A program made the translations under genes and the position numbers. From a virus, in the IMG/VR virus record IMGVR_UViG_3300010383_000008, positions 1 through 64,000 of that record: 64,000 nucleotides of DNA. One strand, written 5' to 3'. A model generated the notes under the pieces. The model worked only from the letters and a program-made list of their open reading frames with translations. It did no database searches and was not told the origin of the DNA. Positions 44,180 through 52,512 of this stretch are shown here, one piece after another. How positions within the stretch are numbered: the stretch's first letter is position 1; the number at the start of each line of letters is the position of its first letter.

Positions 44180-44555
44180 GGCTGCGGCCCTCTTCGCTGG
44201 CTTCCTTGACGCGCGCCTCGTGCAGGTCGGCGGCGAAGTTTTTGAGCGCCTCGGTGTTGATCTTCAGATCGAACCGGCGCTGTGCGCTGACGTCGCAGGC
44301 GTGGAACAGCTGCGCTTCGTATTCGCTGGCGGCGGTAACGAATTCGAGCACCCCACGCACCAGCTCACCGGCGAAGAGCATGTCGTGGTCGTAGAACAGG
44401 TGCTCGGCCGCGTCGAACGCGGTCTTCTTCTCTTCGAACAGCAGGTTGCAGATACCGTAAAGCGTGGTCAGCACGCACTGGGCGGATTCGGGAATCTTCG
44501 CCCGTTCCTCGTCAGTCAGGACGGGTGCGGTATCCGCGTGTTGGGTGACTTCCAT
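44166..44555 (-). CDS. hypothetical protein, 129 aa
   Basis: ATG 44555 (MEVTQ) lies 5 nt after AAGGGGAG. Confidence 0.6.
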   Translation of the reverse strand: MEVTQHADTAPVLTDEERAKIPESAQCVLTTLYGICNLLFEEKKTAFDAAEHLFYDHDMLFAGELVRGVLEFVTAASEYEAQLFHACDVSAQRRFDLKINTEALKNFAADLHEARVKEASEEGRSHAKH

Positions 44556-44570
44556 CAATGCTCCCCTTGG

Positions 44571-44602
44571 AAATAAAAAGGCGCCTGCGGCAGGCAGGCG
44601 CC
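44571..44602 (-). terminator. rho-independent terminator immediately upstream of the next RBS
   Basis: 9-bp stem GGCGCCTGC/GCAGGCGCC with a 5-nt loop, followed on the minus strand by TTTTTATTT. Confidence 0.7.
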
Positions 44603-44771
44603 TAGTATTGAATCACCGCGACACCACGCTGTCGCGCGGCGGGAGTATGGTGCGCCCGAGGGCTCTCGCGGCTTCAACTGGTCGTGGTTTCAGGCCACTC
44701 ACGCCTTGGCCCCTATGCAGACGACGAACGTCCCATGGTGGAGCCATTGTGTGCGTGGCGCGAGGTTCATG

Positions 44772-44888
44772 TCAACGGGCGTAGACGCGGCGCCCGCCCT
44801 TCAAAGCAATGACGAGCACGGCGCCCAGCTGCAAGAACTTCGCACTTTGCAGCAAGAGCAGGCCGACCAAACGGATGACTGCAACCAT
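44772..44888 (-). CDS. small hydrophobic peptide, 38 aa (below the ORF-track cutoff)
   Basis: MVAVIRLVGLLLLQSAKFLQLGAVLVIALKGGRRVYAR. TGATG overlap with the VRR-NUC gene stop. Confidence 0.4.
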   Translation of the reverse strand: MVAVIRLVGLLLLQSAKFLQLGAVLVIALKGGRRVYAR

Positions 44889-45301
44889 CAGGATACCCTC
44901 TCAAGCAGATAGGCCGCGATCTGCGCGGCGTACATGAGCCGGGGGATGAAGACCTCGGGAGCTACCCGCGATTCCCACTCGTCCGGCTCGGTCAGGATGA
45001 AGCCGCGTGCCAAGTCCGAAGGCACGCCGACCACGACCACGGCGTTGTAACCGGCGTTCCAGCGCCGGCGCAGCCATTCCTTCTGCGGCCCGGACAACAT
45101 GCTCTTGTCGTCAGCGCCGACGTTGTAACCGTTGCGGCCGTGGGTGGTGGCCATCTTGAACTCCACCCACAGGTCGCGCCTGTAGTCCAGGTAGCGATCC
45201 GGCGTCCCGTTGGTCGAGAGCGACGCCATCGTCATGGACTGGACATGCACGTCCTTCGGCAGTTTCTTCACAACCGCCTTTGTAAACTGGTGTTCGTTCA
45301 C
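44888..45301 (-). CDS. VRR-NUC domain nuclease
   Basis: ..NGTPDRYLDYRRDLWVEFKMA.. (PD-(D/E)xK core) and ..LSGPQKEWLRRRWNAGYNAVVV. GTG start in a GTGA overlap. Confidence 0.7.
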   Translation of the reverse strand: MNEHQFTKAVVKKLPKDVHVQSMTMASLSTNGTPDRYLDYRRDLWVEFKMATTHGRNGYNVGADDKSMLSGPQKEWLRRRWNAGYNAVVVVGVPSDLARGFILTEPDEWESRVAPEVFIPRLMYAAQIAAYLLERVS

Positions 45302-45477
45302 TGGCGCTCGACATCCTGAGCACGGGCGTACTCATACACGGCAAGCGCTTGCTGGAGCTCGCTGACGATCTTGTAGGAGTCCGTGCCGGCCGCCGGCACG
45401 CGGAACCGTGGCACTTGGTTAAGTGCCGCGATGGCGTTCTTGACGGCTGCGATCAGCCGTACTTCTGGTGCTTCCAT
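45298..45477 (-). CDS. hypothetical protein, 59 aa (below the ORF-track cutoff)
   Basis: MEAPEVRLIAAVKNAIAALNQVPRF.. GGGGGT RBS. Its TGA overlaps the GTG of the next gene. Confidence 0.5.
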   Translation of the reverse strand: MEAPEVRLIAAVKNAIAALNQVPRFRVPAAGTDSYKIVSELQQALAVYEYARAQDVERQ

Positions 45478-45490
45478 TACTTACCCCCTG

Positions 45491-45515
45491 AAAAGCCCCG
45501 CCGTTGCGGCGGGGC
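45491..45515 (-). terminator. rho-independent terminator immediately upstream of the next RBS
   Basis: 8-bp stem GCCCCGCC/GGCGGGGC with a 5-nt loop, followed on the minus strand by TTTTC. Confidence 0.6.
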
Positions 45516-45522
45516 TTGGTGC

Positions 45523-45993
45523 TTACTTCGTCAGGTCGAACAGGCGATCGTGCAGCGCGCGGTGCGTGGAGCGCAGCTCTTCCGTCTCGGCCAGGTGCCG
45601 GGAGCGGACGTCCTTGAGCTTGGTCTCCAGTTCCTTGAGCTCGGCGCGGACCTGCGGGGCGGCCATCTGGTCGATCGGCATCACGTCTTCGGCGGCCTTC
45701 TCGACGCGCGGCTTGCGACCCGGACGCTTGCGCTCGGCCGTGGACTTCTCGGCCGTCGTGCCCTGCGCCGCTTCGGTCTCGGTGCTTGGCGCGGCCGGAT
45801 CGGCAGTCTGCACAGCGGCCGGCTGACGGACGCCGCCGCGGGTGATCACGGCCAGTGCGGACGAACCGACGTCTTCGGTGACAGCCTCGTCGGGGGTTTC
45901 GGTGGTGGCTGCCTCGGTCGTGGCCTCGGCAGAGTCTTCGGTGGTCGCCAGCGACTGGCGGGCGATGGATGAAACGCGGCTACGCAGTGCCAT
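45523..45993 (-). CDS. hypothetical protein, 156 aa (disordered T/E/A-rich N-terminus, C-terminal coiled coil)
   Basis: AAGGAA RBS. Confidence 0.6.
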   Translation of the reverse strand: MALRSRVSSIARQSLATTEDSAEATTEAATTETPDEAVTEDVGSSALAVITRGGVRQPAAVQTADPAAPSTETEAAQGTTAEKSTAERKRPGRKPRVEKAAEDVMPIDQMAAPQVRAELKELETKLKDVRSRHLAETEELRSTHRALHDRLFDLTK

Positions 45994-46017
45994 TTGTTAT
46001 GGTTCCTTTGTGGTGGA

Positions 46018-46779
46018 TCAGCGGCGGGCGGCGGGCGCCTTGCCCGGCTTCTGGCTGCTGGGGATGTAACCGGTCGTGTCCGGCAGGACGTCCAGCAGGG
46101 CGAGGGCCTCTTCGCGCAGCTGGAAGTGATCGGCGACGTTCTCGTTCTTGGCGATCTCGACGAAGCTGACGCCGAAGTAACGCGCGCCGGGCACCGGCAC
46201 CGCCTCGATCGAGACCACGGCCTTGATGGGCGGGCCGTTGAGGATGCGCTCGCACTGACGGGCGAAGCCGTCGAAGACCTTGATCTGGGTCGGGGACAGG
46301 GAGATCACGAAGATTTCCGCGTTCTCCAGGTCTTCGGCCTGCTCTTCGAGGATCACCGCCAGCTCGCGGCGCTGGGTGCACGCCTTGCCGTTACCGGTCG
46401 CGGCCGAGCCCCACTCGTTCATCGGGCAGCCCGAGCAGGTGTCGTGCTGCTTCTCCGGCGCGGACTCGTCCGGAGCCATCTGCGAGAGCACCTTGCCCAC
46501 GGCGAAGCAGCCCGGCGGCAGCGGGTTGCCCTTCTGGTACGGGTGGGGGTACCAGGTATGGCGGGTGAGGAAGTCGAGGACGATGACGCGGATCGACGGG
46601 CCGAGCTCGGCGCCATCGGGGGTTTGCCAGTTGCCGTTGGCGTTGATGGTCAGGCGCGGGCCGCCGCCGCCGGCGGACACCTGTTCCTTGATGCTCTTGG
46701 CCTCGGCCGCGAGCTGCTTGTCGATCTGCTCCAGGACAGCCAGATCGGTCTTGCCACGCTTGCTGGGTTCGTTGGACAT
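46018..46779 (-). CDS. putative DNA-binding / recombination-associated protein with a Cys cluster, 253 aa
   Basis: CSGCPMNEWGS..GKAC cluster, in the replication module. Function not recognised with certainty. Confidence 0.55.
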   Translation of the reverse strand: MSNEPSKRGKTDLAVLEQIDKQLAAEAKSIKEQVSAGGGGPRLTINANGNWQTPDGAELGPSIRVIVLDFLTRHTWYPHPYQKGNPLPPGCFAVGKVLSQMAPDESAPEKQHDTCSGCPMNEWGSAATGNGKACTQRRELAVILEEQAEDLENAEIFVISLSPTQIKVFDGFARQCERILNGPPIKAVVSIEAVPVPGARYFGVSFVEIAKNENVADHFQLREEALALLDVLPDTTGYIPSSQKPGKAPAARR

Positions 46780-46785
46780 TGTGTG

Positions 46786-47154
46786 TTATTCCCGGGACTT
46801 GCGAAGGGTGATGTACTGATACAACTGCACACCAGGAATGGGCCGTCCTTTGCGCGATTCGAGCAGCTCGGCAAACGGCTTGGCCGAGACCCGACGTTCC
46901 AAAAGTTGAGGGTGTTTCTTGACGGTCTGATAGAACAGGTCCCAATCGACGACATGGGGACGGGTCTTCTCCGTCGTGGTGACCGTGAGGTGGTCGTTGC
47001 GGACCCGGTCGACGCCTTGCTCTTGCATGGCAAGCAGCAGGACTTCTTCCGCTTCGCGCAGCGCCCGGTCCGCCTCGTTCAACTGAGCACGGATACCGGA
47101 CGCCACGTTGTCCGCGTCGACGACCGCGTTGAGCAGTTCGCCGAGCGTTGCCAT
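46786..47154 (-). CDS. hypothetical protein, 122 aa
   Basis: Start moved to ATG 47154 (MATLGELL), 1 nt after the upstream stop. Confidence 0.55.
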   Translation of the reverse strand: MATLGELLNAVVDADNVASGIRAQLNEADRALREAEEVLLLAMQEQGVDRVRNDHLTVTTTEKTRPHVVDWDLFYQTVKKHPQLLERRVSAKPFAELLESRKGRPIPGVQLYQYITLRKSRE

Positions 47155-47155
47155 C

Positions 47156-47341
47156 TTACACCGCCCGCAGGCCAGTGTAGAACTGGTCAACGGCCTTGCT
47201 TGCTGTGGCCGCGTCACACTCGCCCGCCTTCACCAGCGAGGACTCCAAGGTCTCCTTCAGGTGGGGCTTGCTGCGCACGTCGCGGATGTCGGCCGTGAGG
47301 AAATGCAAGGCCGCAACGGCACCACTCATCGTATTTTCCAT
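47156..47341 (-). CDS. hypothetical protein, 61 aa
   Basis: GGAG lies 9 nt upstream of the ATG. Confidence 0.55.
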   Translation of the reverse strand: MENTMSGAVAALHFLTADIRDVRSKPHLKETLESSLVKAGECDAATASKAVDQFYTGLRAV

Positions 47342-47470
47342 AGGTACTTCTCCGGTATTACCACTTTGTCTGGACGCTTCTCCAGGCCCAAGGAAGCGTC
47401 CTTGTACCCCACTTCGTATGCCTTACGCGCTACCGCGTTCAGCAAAATCTGCAACGTCTTGCGTGTGATG

Positions 47471-49453
47471 TTAAGACTTGTCGTAAAAGGCGGCGACTTT
47501 GACGTCGGCATTGAGCGGCACTCCAGCGGCCCACGGTTCAGGCGTGGACATGATGACCTGGACGCGGCGCGCCAGTTCCTCGACCCGCGCCTTGGCGATG
47601 ATGAGGCCCACTTCGTCGTGGGTGGACATGACGATGCGCATGTCCGGGAATTCATCCTGCATGTGCAGCATCTGTTGCCCCAGCAGCACCCGCGACAGCG
47701 CCTGGATGATGTTCTCGGTGATCATCCCGCCCCACAACCGCACCAGACCGTTACGACTGTCGTAGATCAGTGTGCCGTCTTCGTCCTGCCGCAAGTTGGG
47801 GTAGAAGATGTAGCCGCCGTTGGGCAGGTGGATGTAGCCGCCGCGACGGTGCCCCTCGAAGATGATCGGGCCGTCTTCGATCTCGCGCATGCCGATGAAG
47901 GCCAGCTTGGCGAGCCGTTCGTGCACCCCGTGCTGGGCGTGGATCAGGTGGTTGGTCCGACGCCATGCGCTCAGATGTTCGGTGGTTTCCTCCAACGTCT
48001 GGTACACCGGCGGCCCGAACTGGCCCACACGGAACATGTAGTTGATCTTCGGCGCGCCGGCGCCATAGCCAGCAGACAATTCCAGCACCTTGCCGACGAA
48101 GCGTTCGTCCGGGTCTTTCTTGGCGTCGATCTGGCGATGGTAGATGCCGCCGGCGGCGTAGCAATAGACGTCCGGGCCTTCCTTGCGGTCATAGCGGGCG
48201 AACACTTCGAGCTTGTCGAACTGCTTGGCCTTCCACGCATTCATGCGCGCTTCGATCTGGCTGGCATCGGCGATGCACATCATGGTGCCCGGGGGCGCCA
48301 GCAACGCCTTGCGAATCTCCACACCCGGGCCGCGGCGCGGCGGGTTCTGCCAGTTGCAGCCGTCGCCGCCGGACCAGCGCATCGTGCGTGCGCCGTGGTA
48401 GTTCAGGTAGATCGGCGTCGGATAGTCCGCCCGCTTCAGGAGCTTGCCCGCCCGCGACTCGACGATGTTGGACTTGGCCATGAGACGGCCTTCCACCAGG
48501 TCCCGCACCAGTTCGCTGGGGTGGTCGAGCAGTTCCTTGAATTCCAGATCGTTCTTGGCGAACGCATACGCCGGCTGACCGGTGCGCGTAGAGATTTTCT
48601 GCGGCGGCTCGACGCCGGCCGCTTCCAGATGCATGGCGAACTTGTCCGCCGAGCCCAGCTCCTTCATGACCAGCTGGTTGCGGGTCAGCTGTGGCTTTTT
48701 ATAGGTCTTGCCCTTGGCCTCGTACGCGCGGTACTTGGCGTCCTGTGCGGCCAGCTGCTGCTCCAGTGTGTAGGTCATGGGCGCAGCGAGGCGATCGAGG
48801 ATGCCCTTCTTGCGCTCCAGCTCGGACAGGTACAGCGCTTCCAGCCGTTTACCATCGAGCAGCATGGTCGGCTCGGCATACATCCGTACCGTGATGTCGA
48901 TGAGCTTGAGCTCTTCCTCCGGCACGATCCGGGCCAAGCCTTCGTAGACACTGATGGTGTCCTCGACGTCGTCGCCGTTATACAGCCGCAGGTGCGCCAG
49001 CTCTTCTGGCGAGAAGTCAGCAAGGCGCCTGCCCTTGACGTTCTCAAGGGCCGCCTTGTGCTCTTTGCCTTTGAGTCCCATGCGCTTGGCGACCGCGTCC
49101 AGACTGGCCGGGCTGTCGACGCCGAAAGTAAAACGGGACATGCCCATGGTGTCCAACCAAAAACAGGGAAAGACCCCGAAGTGGTGGGTCAGGATCAGGC
49201 CGTCGAAGTTGGTGTGGTGGGCAAGACAGGCCGTGATCGACCAGTCAAGTGTGCGCAGACCTTGGTAAATCTCGTCGTAGCCGACCCACACCTGTGGGCG
49301 GCCCTTGGTGCCAACTACTTTGAGCCCCAAGGTCTGCGCTTCGAACCGCTCGTCCCGGATGTAATCCGTGGTGTCGAGCTTGCCGAGACCGTACTCGTCC
49401 GAGTAGAAGGTCTCGAAGTCCAGGCAGGCGATCTGCTGGAACGGTAGTGCCAT
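47471..49453 (-). CDS. DNA polymerase, family A (Pol I-like) with an N-terminal 3'-5' exonuclease-like region
   Basis: CLDFETFY at the N-terminus, ..RFVGKVLELSAGYGAG.. and ..IVMSTHDEVGLI.. polymerase motifs. 660 aa. Confidence 0.85.
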   Translation of the reverse strand: MALPFQQIACLDFETFYSDEYGLGKLDTTDYIRDERFEAQTLGLKVVGTKGRPQVWVGYDEIYQGLRTLDWSITACLAHHTNFDGLILTHHFGVFPCFWLDTMGMSRFTFGVDSPASLDAVAKRMGLKGKEHKAALENVKGRRLADFSPEELAHLRLYNGDDVEDTISVYEGLARIVPEEELKLIDITVRMYAEPTMLLDGKRLEALYLSELERKKGILDRLAAPMTYTLEQQLAAQDAKYRAYEAKGKTYKKPQLTRNQLVMKELGSADKFAMHLEAAGVEPPQKISTRTGQPAYAFAKNDLEFKELLDHPSELVRDLVEGRLMAKSNIVESRAGKLLKRADYPTPIYLNYHGARTMRWSGGDGCNWQNPPRRGPGVEIRKALLAPPGTMMCIADASQIEARMNAWKAKQFDKLEVFARYDRKEGPDVYCYAAGGIYHRQIDAKKDPDERFVGKVLELSAGYGAGAPKINYMFRVGQFGPPVYQTLEETTEHLSAWRRTNHLIHAQHGVHERLAKLAFIGMREIEDGPIIFEGHRRGGYIHLPNGGYIFYPNLRQDEDGTLIYDSRNGLVRLWGGMITENIIQALSRVLLGQQMLHMQDEFPDMRIVMSTHDEVGLIIAKARVEELARRVQVIMSTPEPWAAGVPLNADVKVAAFYDKS

Positions 49454-49495
49454 GCTGCTCCCCCGAGCGGATGTGGAGAAACAGTGTAGCGCACG

Positions 49496-49903
49496 TTAGA
49501 ACGACGGGGAAGTCGTCGTCGTCATCTCCGCATCGAGCATCCAGCGCGGTACCGTGGTGGCGACTTCGCCGAACGTCACGAGGCGATGTTCGGCCGCTTC
49601 CAGCTGCGGCTTGGTCTTCTTTCCCTTGGGCGGCTGGTCGGTCACCTCAAAAATGAACGCGCCGCCGTCATCCACGAACAGCTGCTTGGTCTGGGTGATG
49701 TAGCGGCAGTGCGGCGAATTCGCGGGGCGCCCCGGGCGCGGCATCGGCGGGGGGATCATGTTGTGATGCCCGTCGTACAGGAAGATACGCTGTTCCTCGG
49801 TCAGGGGCTCGCCGCTGGGGACGATCGAGTGCAGTTCGAGGTGGGCGGTGACCTTGGCAGGCGCGTGTATGTCGCGAACAACCAGGTACTGTGTCTGGCG
49901 CAT
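49496..49903 (-). CDS. hypothetical protein, 135 aa
   Basis: Intact ORF between the exonuclease and polymerase genes. Confidence 0.55.
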   Translation of the reverse strand: MRQTQYLVVRDIHAPAKVTAHLELHSIVPSGEPLTEEQRIFLYDGHHNMIPPPMPRPGRPANSPHCRYITQTKQLFVDDGGAFIFEVTDQPPKGKKTKPQLEAAEHRLVTFGEVATTVPRWMLDAEMTTTTSPSF

Positions 49904-49905
49904 GG

Positions 49906-50484
49906 TTACTCCAGTCCGAGGGCGCGGAGCGTGTTGATGCAGCGGATCGCCTGCATCTTGGCGTCGTCCAGCGCGTGGTGGGGGTGGTAGGCGTGCGGGT
50001 CGATCCCGGCGCTGATGACCTCTTCGGTCACCCCGTGGGTACGCCCCAGTGCGATCAGGGTGCGAAGATCACGGACCTGGTTGTAGCGCCAGGGCACCAC
50101 GACGCCGGCCGCCTTGCACAACGAGCCAAGCGCGACGGCGTCGAACTGCGGCCCCTGGAACCAGAACTCGACCGGTTCGGCCGGGTCGGTCAGCTGGGCC
50201 TGCACGAAGTCGTTGAGCCCTTCGAGGGCGGGCTTGACCGCCACGCGCTGCTCGAACGCATCGGCCGTGGCCGGGTCGGTGGCCGCCTGCTGCATCCACC
50301 AGGTGGACGTACCGAAGCTGATATGGCGACCATACGCGTCCTGCTGGTCGAAGCCATCGAGAGCGGCGTAATACTCCGCCCCCAGCTTGCCGGTCTGGCT
50401 GTCAAACAGCACGGCGCCGATGGAGAGCACCAAGGCGTTCGGCTCCAATGACAGGGATTCGATATCGATGGAAAAGCGTTTCAC
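49906..50484 (-). CDS. DEDDh-type 3'-5' exonuclease (DnaQ/RNase T-like)
   Basis: FSIDIESLS.., ..FDAVAL.., ..HHALDDAKMQ motifs. GTG start in a GTGA overlap. Confidence 0.8.
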   Translation of the reverse strand: MKRFSIDIESLSLEPNALVLSIGAVLFDSQTGKLGAEYYAALDGFDQQDAYGRHISFGTSTWWMQQAATDPATADAFEQRVAVKPALEGLNDFVQAQLTDPAEPVEFWFQGPQFDAVALGSLCKAAGVVVPWRYNQVRDLRTLIALGRTHGVTEEVISAGIDPHAYHPHHALDDAKMQAIRCINTLRALGLE

Positions 50485-50624
50485 TTGATCTCCTCTACGG
50501 CGTACTGGAAGGATGTGCGGTCGTCACAGCTCTCGTCGGCGGCTTTTTCTTCGGCCTCGTCGGGAGTTGTGGCGTCGACTTCGATGACCTCGACAGAGGT
50601 GATCGTGACGCGATAGCGTGGCAT
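50481..50624 (-). CDS. small acidic protein, 47 aa (below the ORF-track cutoff)
   Basis: MPRYRVTITSVEVIEVDATTPDEAEEKAADESCDDRTSFQYAVEEIK. Its TGA overlaps the exonuclease GTG. Confidence 0.4.
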   Translation of the reverse strand: MPRYRVTITSVEVIEVDATTPDEAEEKAADESCDDRTSFQYAVEEIK

Positions 50625-50641
50625 CGTGGTGGCCTTGAGTT

Positions 50642-50672
50642 AAAAAAACCCGCCCGGCTTGCGCCGGGCAGG
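50642..50672 (-). terminator. rho-independent terminator
   Basis: On the minus strand, CTGCCCGGC gcaa GCCGGGCGG followed by TTTTTTT. Confidence 0.75.
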
Positions 50673-50792
50673 TCCGTGTGGGCCGGCAGGCGGGGCTGGT
50701 TACCCGCCGTTGGCGCTGCGACGACATCTAGGGGGAAGAAGGAAGACCCCGTCGCGCCCACCCGCGTGGTGGGACGCTGCCGGAGTCGAACC

Positions 50793-51260
50793 TTACACCA
50801 CCCGGGCGGTGACCACCTTGGTGCCGCGCACGCCGATCTCGACGATCAGCGCGCCGAAGCCGGCGTTCGAGCGGGCAGCCGACAGCGAGCTGTAGGACGG
50901 CTTCTCGAAGGTGCGGCCGTTGAACACGGCGTAACGCACGTAGGTCGCGCTCTCGCCGTAGCCGCCGCCGTTGCGCAGCTTCACGGTGCGGGCGCCCGGG
51001 TTGTACTCCAGCTCGAACGAGCCGAAGTAGTTGCCCTTGCGGGTGCTGGCGTTGTCACGCGCCTCGGAGGCCGAGCGGTACACCTTGCTGCCCAGGCAGA
51101 ACGGCGCGTCGGCGGCGTTGTACAGGTTGACGCCGAGCACCTTGGTCTCGGACGCCATGCCAGCGCGCACGATGCGCTCCAGGCTGGTGTGATCCAGGCC
51201 CAGGTGCGACACGCCCATGGTGTTGCCGTTGTCGAGGATGACGGAAACGATCTTGCTCAT
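50793..51260 (-). CDS. hypothetical protein, 155 aa
   Basis: AAGGGGT RBS. Last gene before the terminator, downstream of the GATase gene. Confidence 0.6.
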   Translation of the reverse strand: MSKIVSVILDNGNTMGVSHLGLDHTSLERIVRAGMASETKVLGVNLYNAADAPFCLGSKVYRSASEARDNASTRKGNYFGSFELEYNPGARTVKLRNGGGYGESATYVRYAVFNGRTFEKPSYSSLSAARSNAGFGALIVEIGVRGTKVVTARVV

Positions 51261-51325
51261 CGGGATACCCCTTACTGTTTGAAAAGAAAATGTCCGGACG
51301 GACAGGAAACCGATACTACGTGCGC

Positions 51326-52486
51326 TCAGTGCACGGTCGTACCGGACGCAGCGGCCGACGCGTCAGCCGCAGTGTTCTTGGTCTCCGGCGCGGGGAGCAC
51401 CGGAGTGGTTTCGGGAGTAGCTGCCGGAGCAGCTGCCGGAGCAGCTGCCGGAGCAGCCGCGGCTTTCGGTGCGACGAACGGCGTCGCTTCGCGCAGGAAC
51501 ACCCGCAGCTCGGCTTCGTTCGCCAGGACGTCGCCGACGATGTTCCAGTCGCCGTCGATCTTGTGGTCCGGGCCGCCCGTCTTCACCATCGCTGCATCCG
51601 TGGCTTCGTACACGTACTTCTTGTCCCAGCACAGCGTGTTCTTGCTGTCGGCCGGGACGTACGACTGGAACCGCTCGGCCCAGATCAGATGCTGGCCGTC
51701 GACCACGATCGCGATCGGGGTCGGGGTCTTCAGGCCGACGCTCCACTTGCAGTCGAACAGCGGGCCTTTGGCGCCAAACGAACGGGTGATCACCGTGTCC
51801 AGCGACGGCGTGCGGCCCGTCGAGCCTCCCGTCGCGCCGCCTTGGCCGCCCGTCGCCCCGCCGCGCGAGCCGGAGCCGTAGCTCCAACCGTATCCGCCGT
51901 AGAGGTCGTCGTTGTCGCGGATGGCTTTGCCGGACGTCGTCGAAAAGTACCCCCGAAAGCTGCCGTTGGAGTACCAACAGCCCTCGTACCATTGGCCCTG
52001 CTTCTCGTTGCAGATGACGAACTCGCCGTTTTCGAACAGGAACGCGACCTTCTCGGTGCCAGCGAAGCCCTCGATGATCGGTCGAATGGTCTTGATCGTC
52101 TCGTAGTCGAGCGTCTTGACCATGTCTTCGGCGAACTGGCGCGTGTCGGAACGCTCCTTGTCGCCGGAGCAGTGCGTGTAGTTCAGGCACGGGCCGTTGT
52201 GCATCAGTGCGCCGTGGTCGATCGCGAACGGGTGGCAGTTGGCCGCGTCCTTGGCGCCCTTGGTGGAGATGCGGAAGTGCACCAGCGCCTTGGTGTCGGT
52301 GGTCACGTCCTGGGAGTAGTGCTTGAAGAACTCGTCGAAGGCGAAGAAGCCCTTCTTGACGACGATCTTGCCCGTGGCCGGGTCAAGGTACGCGTAGCCC
52401 GCGCCGTCCTTGTTGGCCTGGAACGAGTTGTACAGGTGCTCCTTGGTCACCCACTTGCCTGCGGGCTTGACGATTGCGATACACAT
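51326..52486 (-). CDS. class-II (Ntn) glutamine amidotransferase-like protein with a C-terminal extension, 386 aa
   Basis: Start moved to ATG 52486 so that Cys is residue 2 (MCIAIVKPAG..), with ..VHFRISTKG..NCHPF..HNG.. GGGAGAA RBS. A Gly-rich linker, an extra ~120-aa domain and an Ala/Pro tail follow. Confidence 0.7.
   Translation of the reverse strand: MCIAIVKPAGKWVTKEHLYNSFQANKDGAGYAYLDPATGKIVVKKGFFAFDEFFKHYSQDVTTDTKALVHFRISTKGAKDAANCHPFAIDHGALMHNGPCLNYTHCSGDKERSDTRQFAEDMVKTLDYETIKTIRPIIEGFAGTEKVAFLFENGEFVICNEKQGQWYEGCWYSNGSFRGYFSTTSGKAIRDNDDLYGGYGWSYGSGSRGGATGGQGGATGGSTGRTPSLDTVITRSFGAKGPLFDCKWSVGLKTPTPIAIVVDGQHLIWAERFQSYVPADSKNTLCWDKKYVYEATDAAMVKTGGPDHKIDGDWNIVGDVLANEAELRVFLREATPFVAPKAAAAPAAAPAAAPAATPETTPVLPAPETKNTAADASAAASGTTVH
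51421..51456. repeat. perfect 12-bp tandem repeat, 3 copies (CTGCCGGAGCAG)
   Basis: Encodes the AAPAAAPAAAPA tail of the GATase-like protein. Confidence 0.9.
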
Positions 52487-52512
52487 CAGGTTGTTCTCCC
52501 TTCTTCTTGAGT

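Noticed and set aside
44625-44700. The ORF-free segment has tRNA-like features: GCGGGAG...CTCACGC ends and a GTGG-TTTCAGG-CCAC hairpin.
   Set aside because: The total length is only ~66 nt. There is no proper D-arm or anticodon arm, and the acceptor stem has a mismatch. It is not a credible tRNA, though it may still be structured RNA.
50770-50800. GGAGTCGAACC resembles the reverse complement of a tRNA T-loop (GGTTCGACTCC).
   Set aside because: The flanking bases give only a 2-bp T-stem and no acceptor or anticodon arms. The motif also overlaps the 3' end of CDS 50793-51260.
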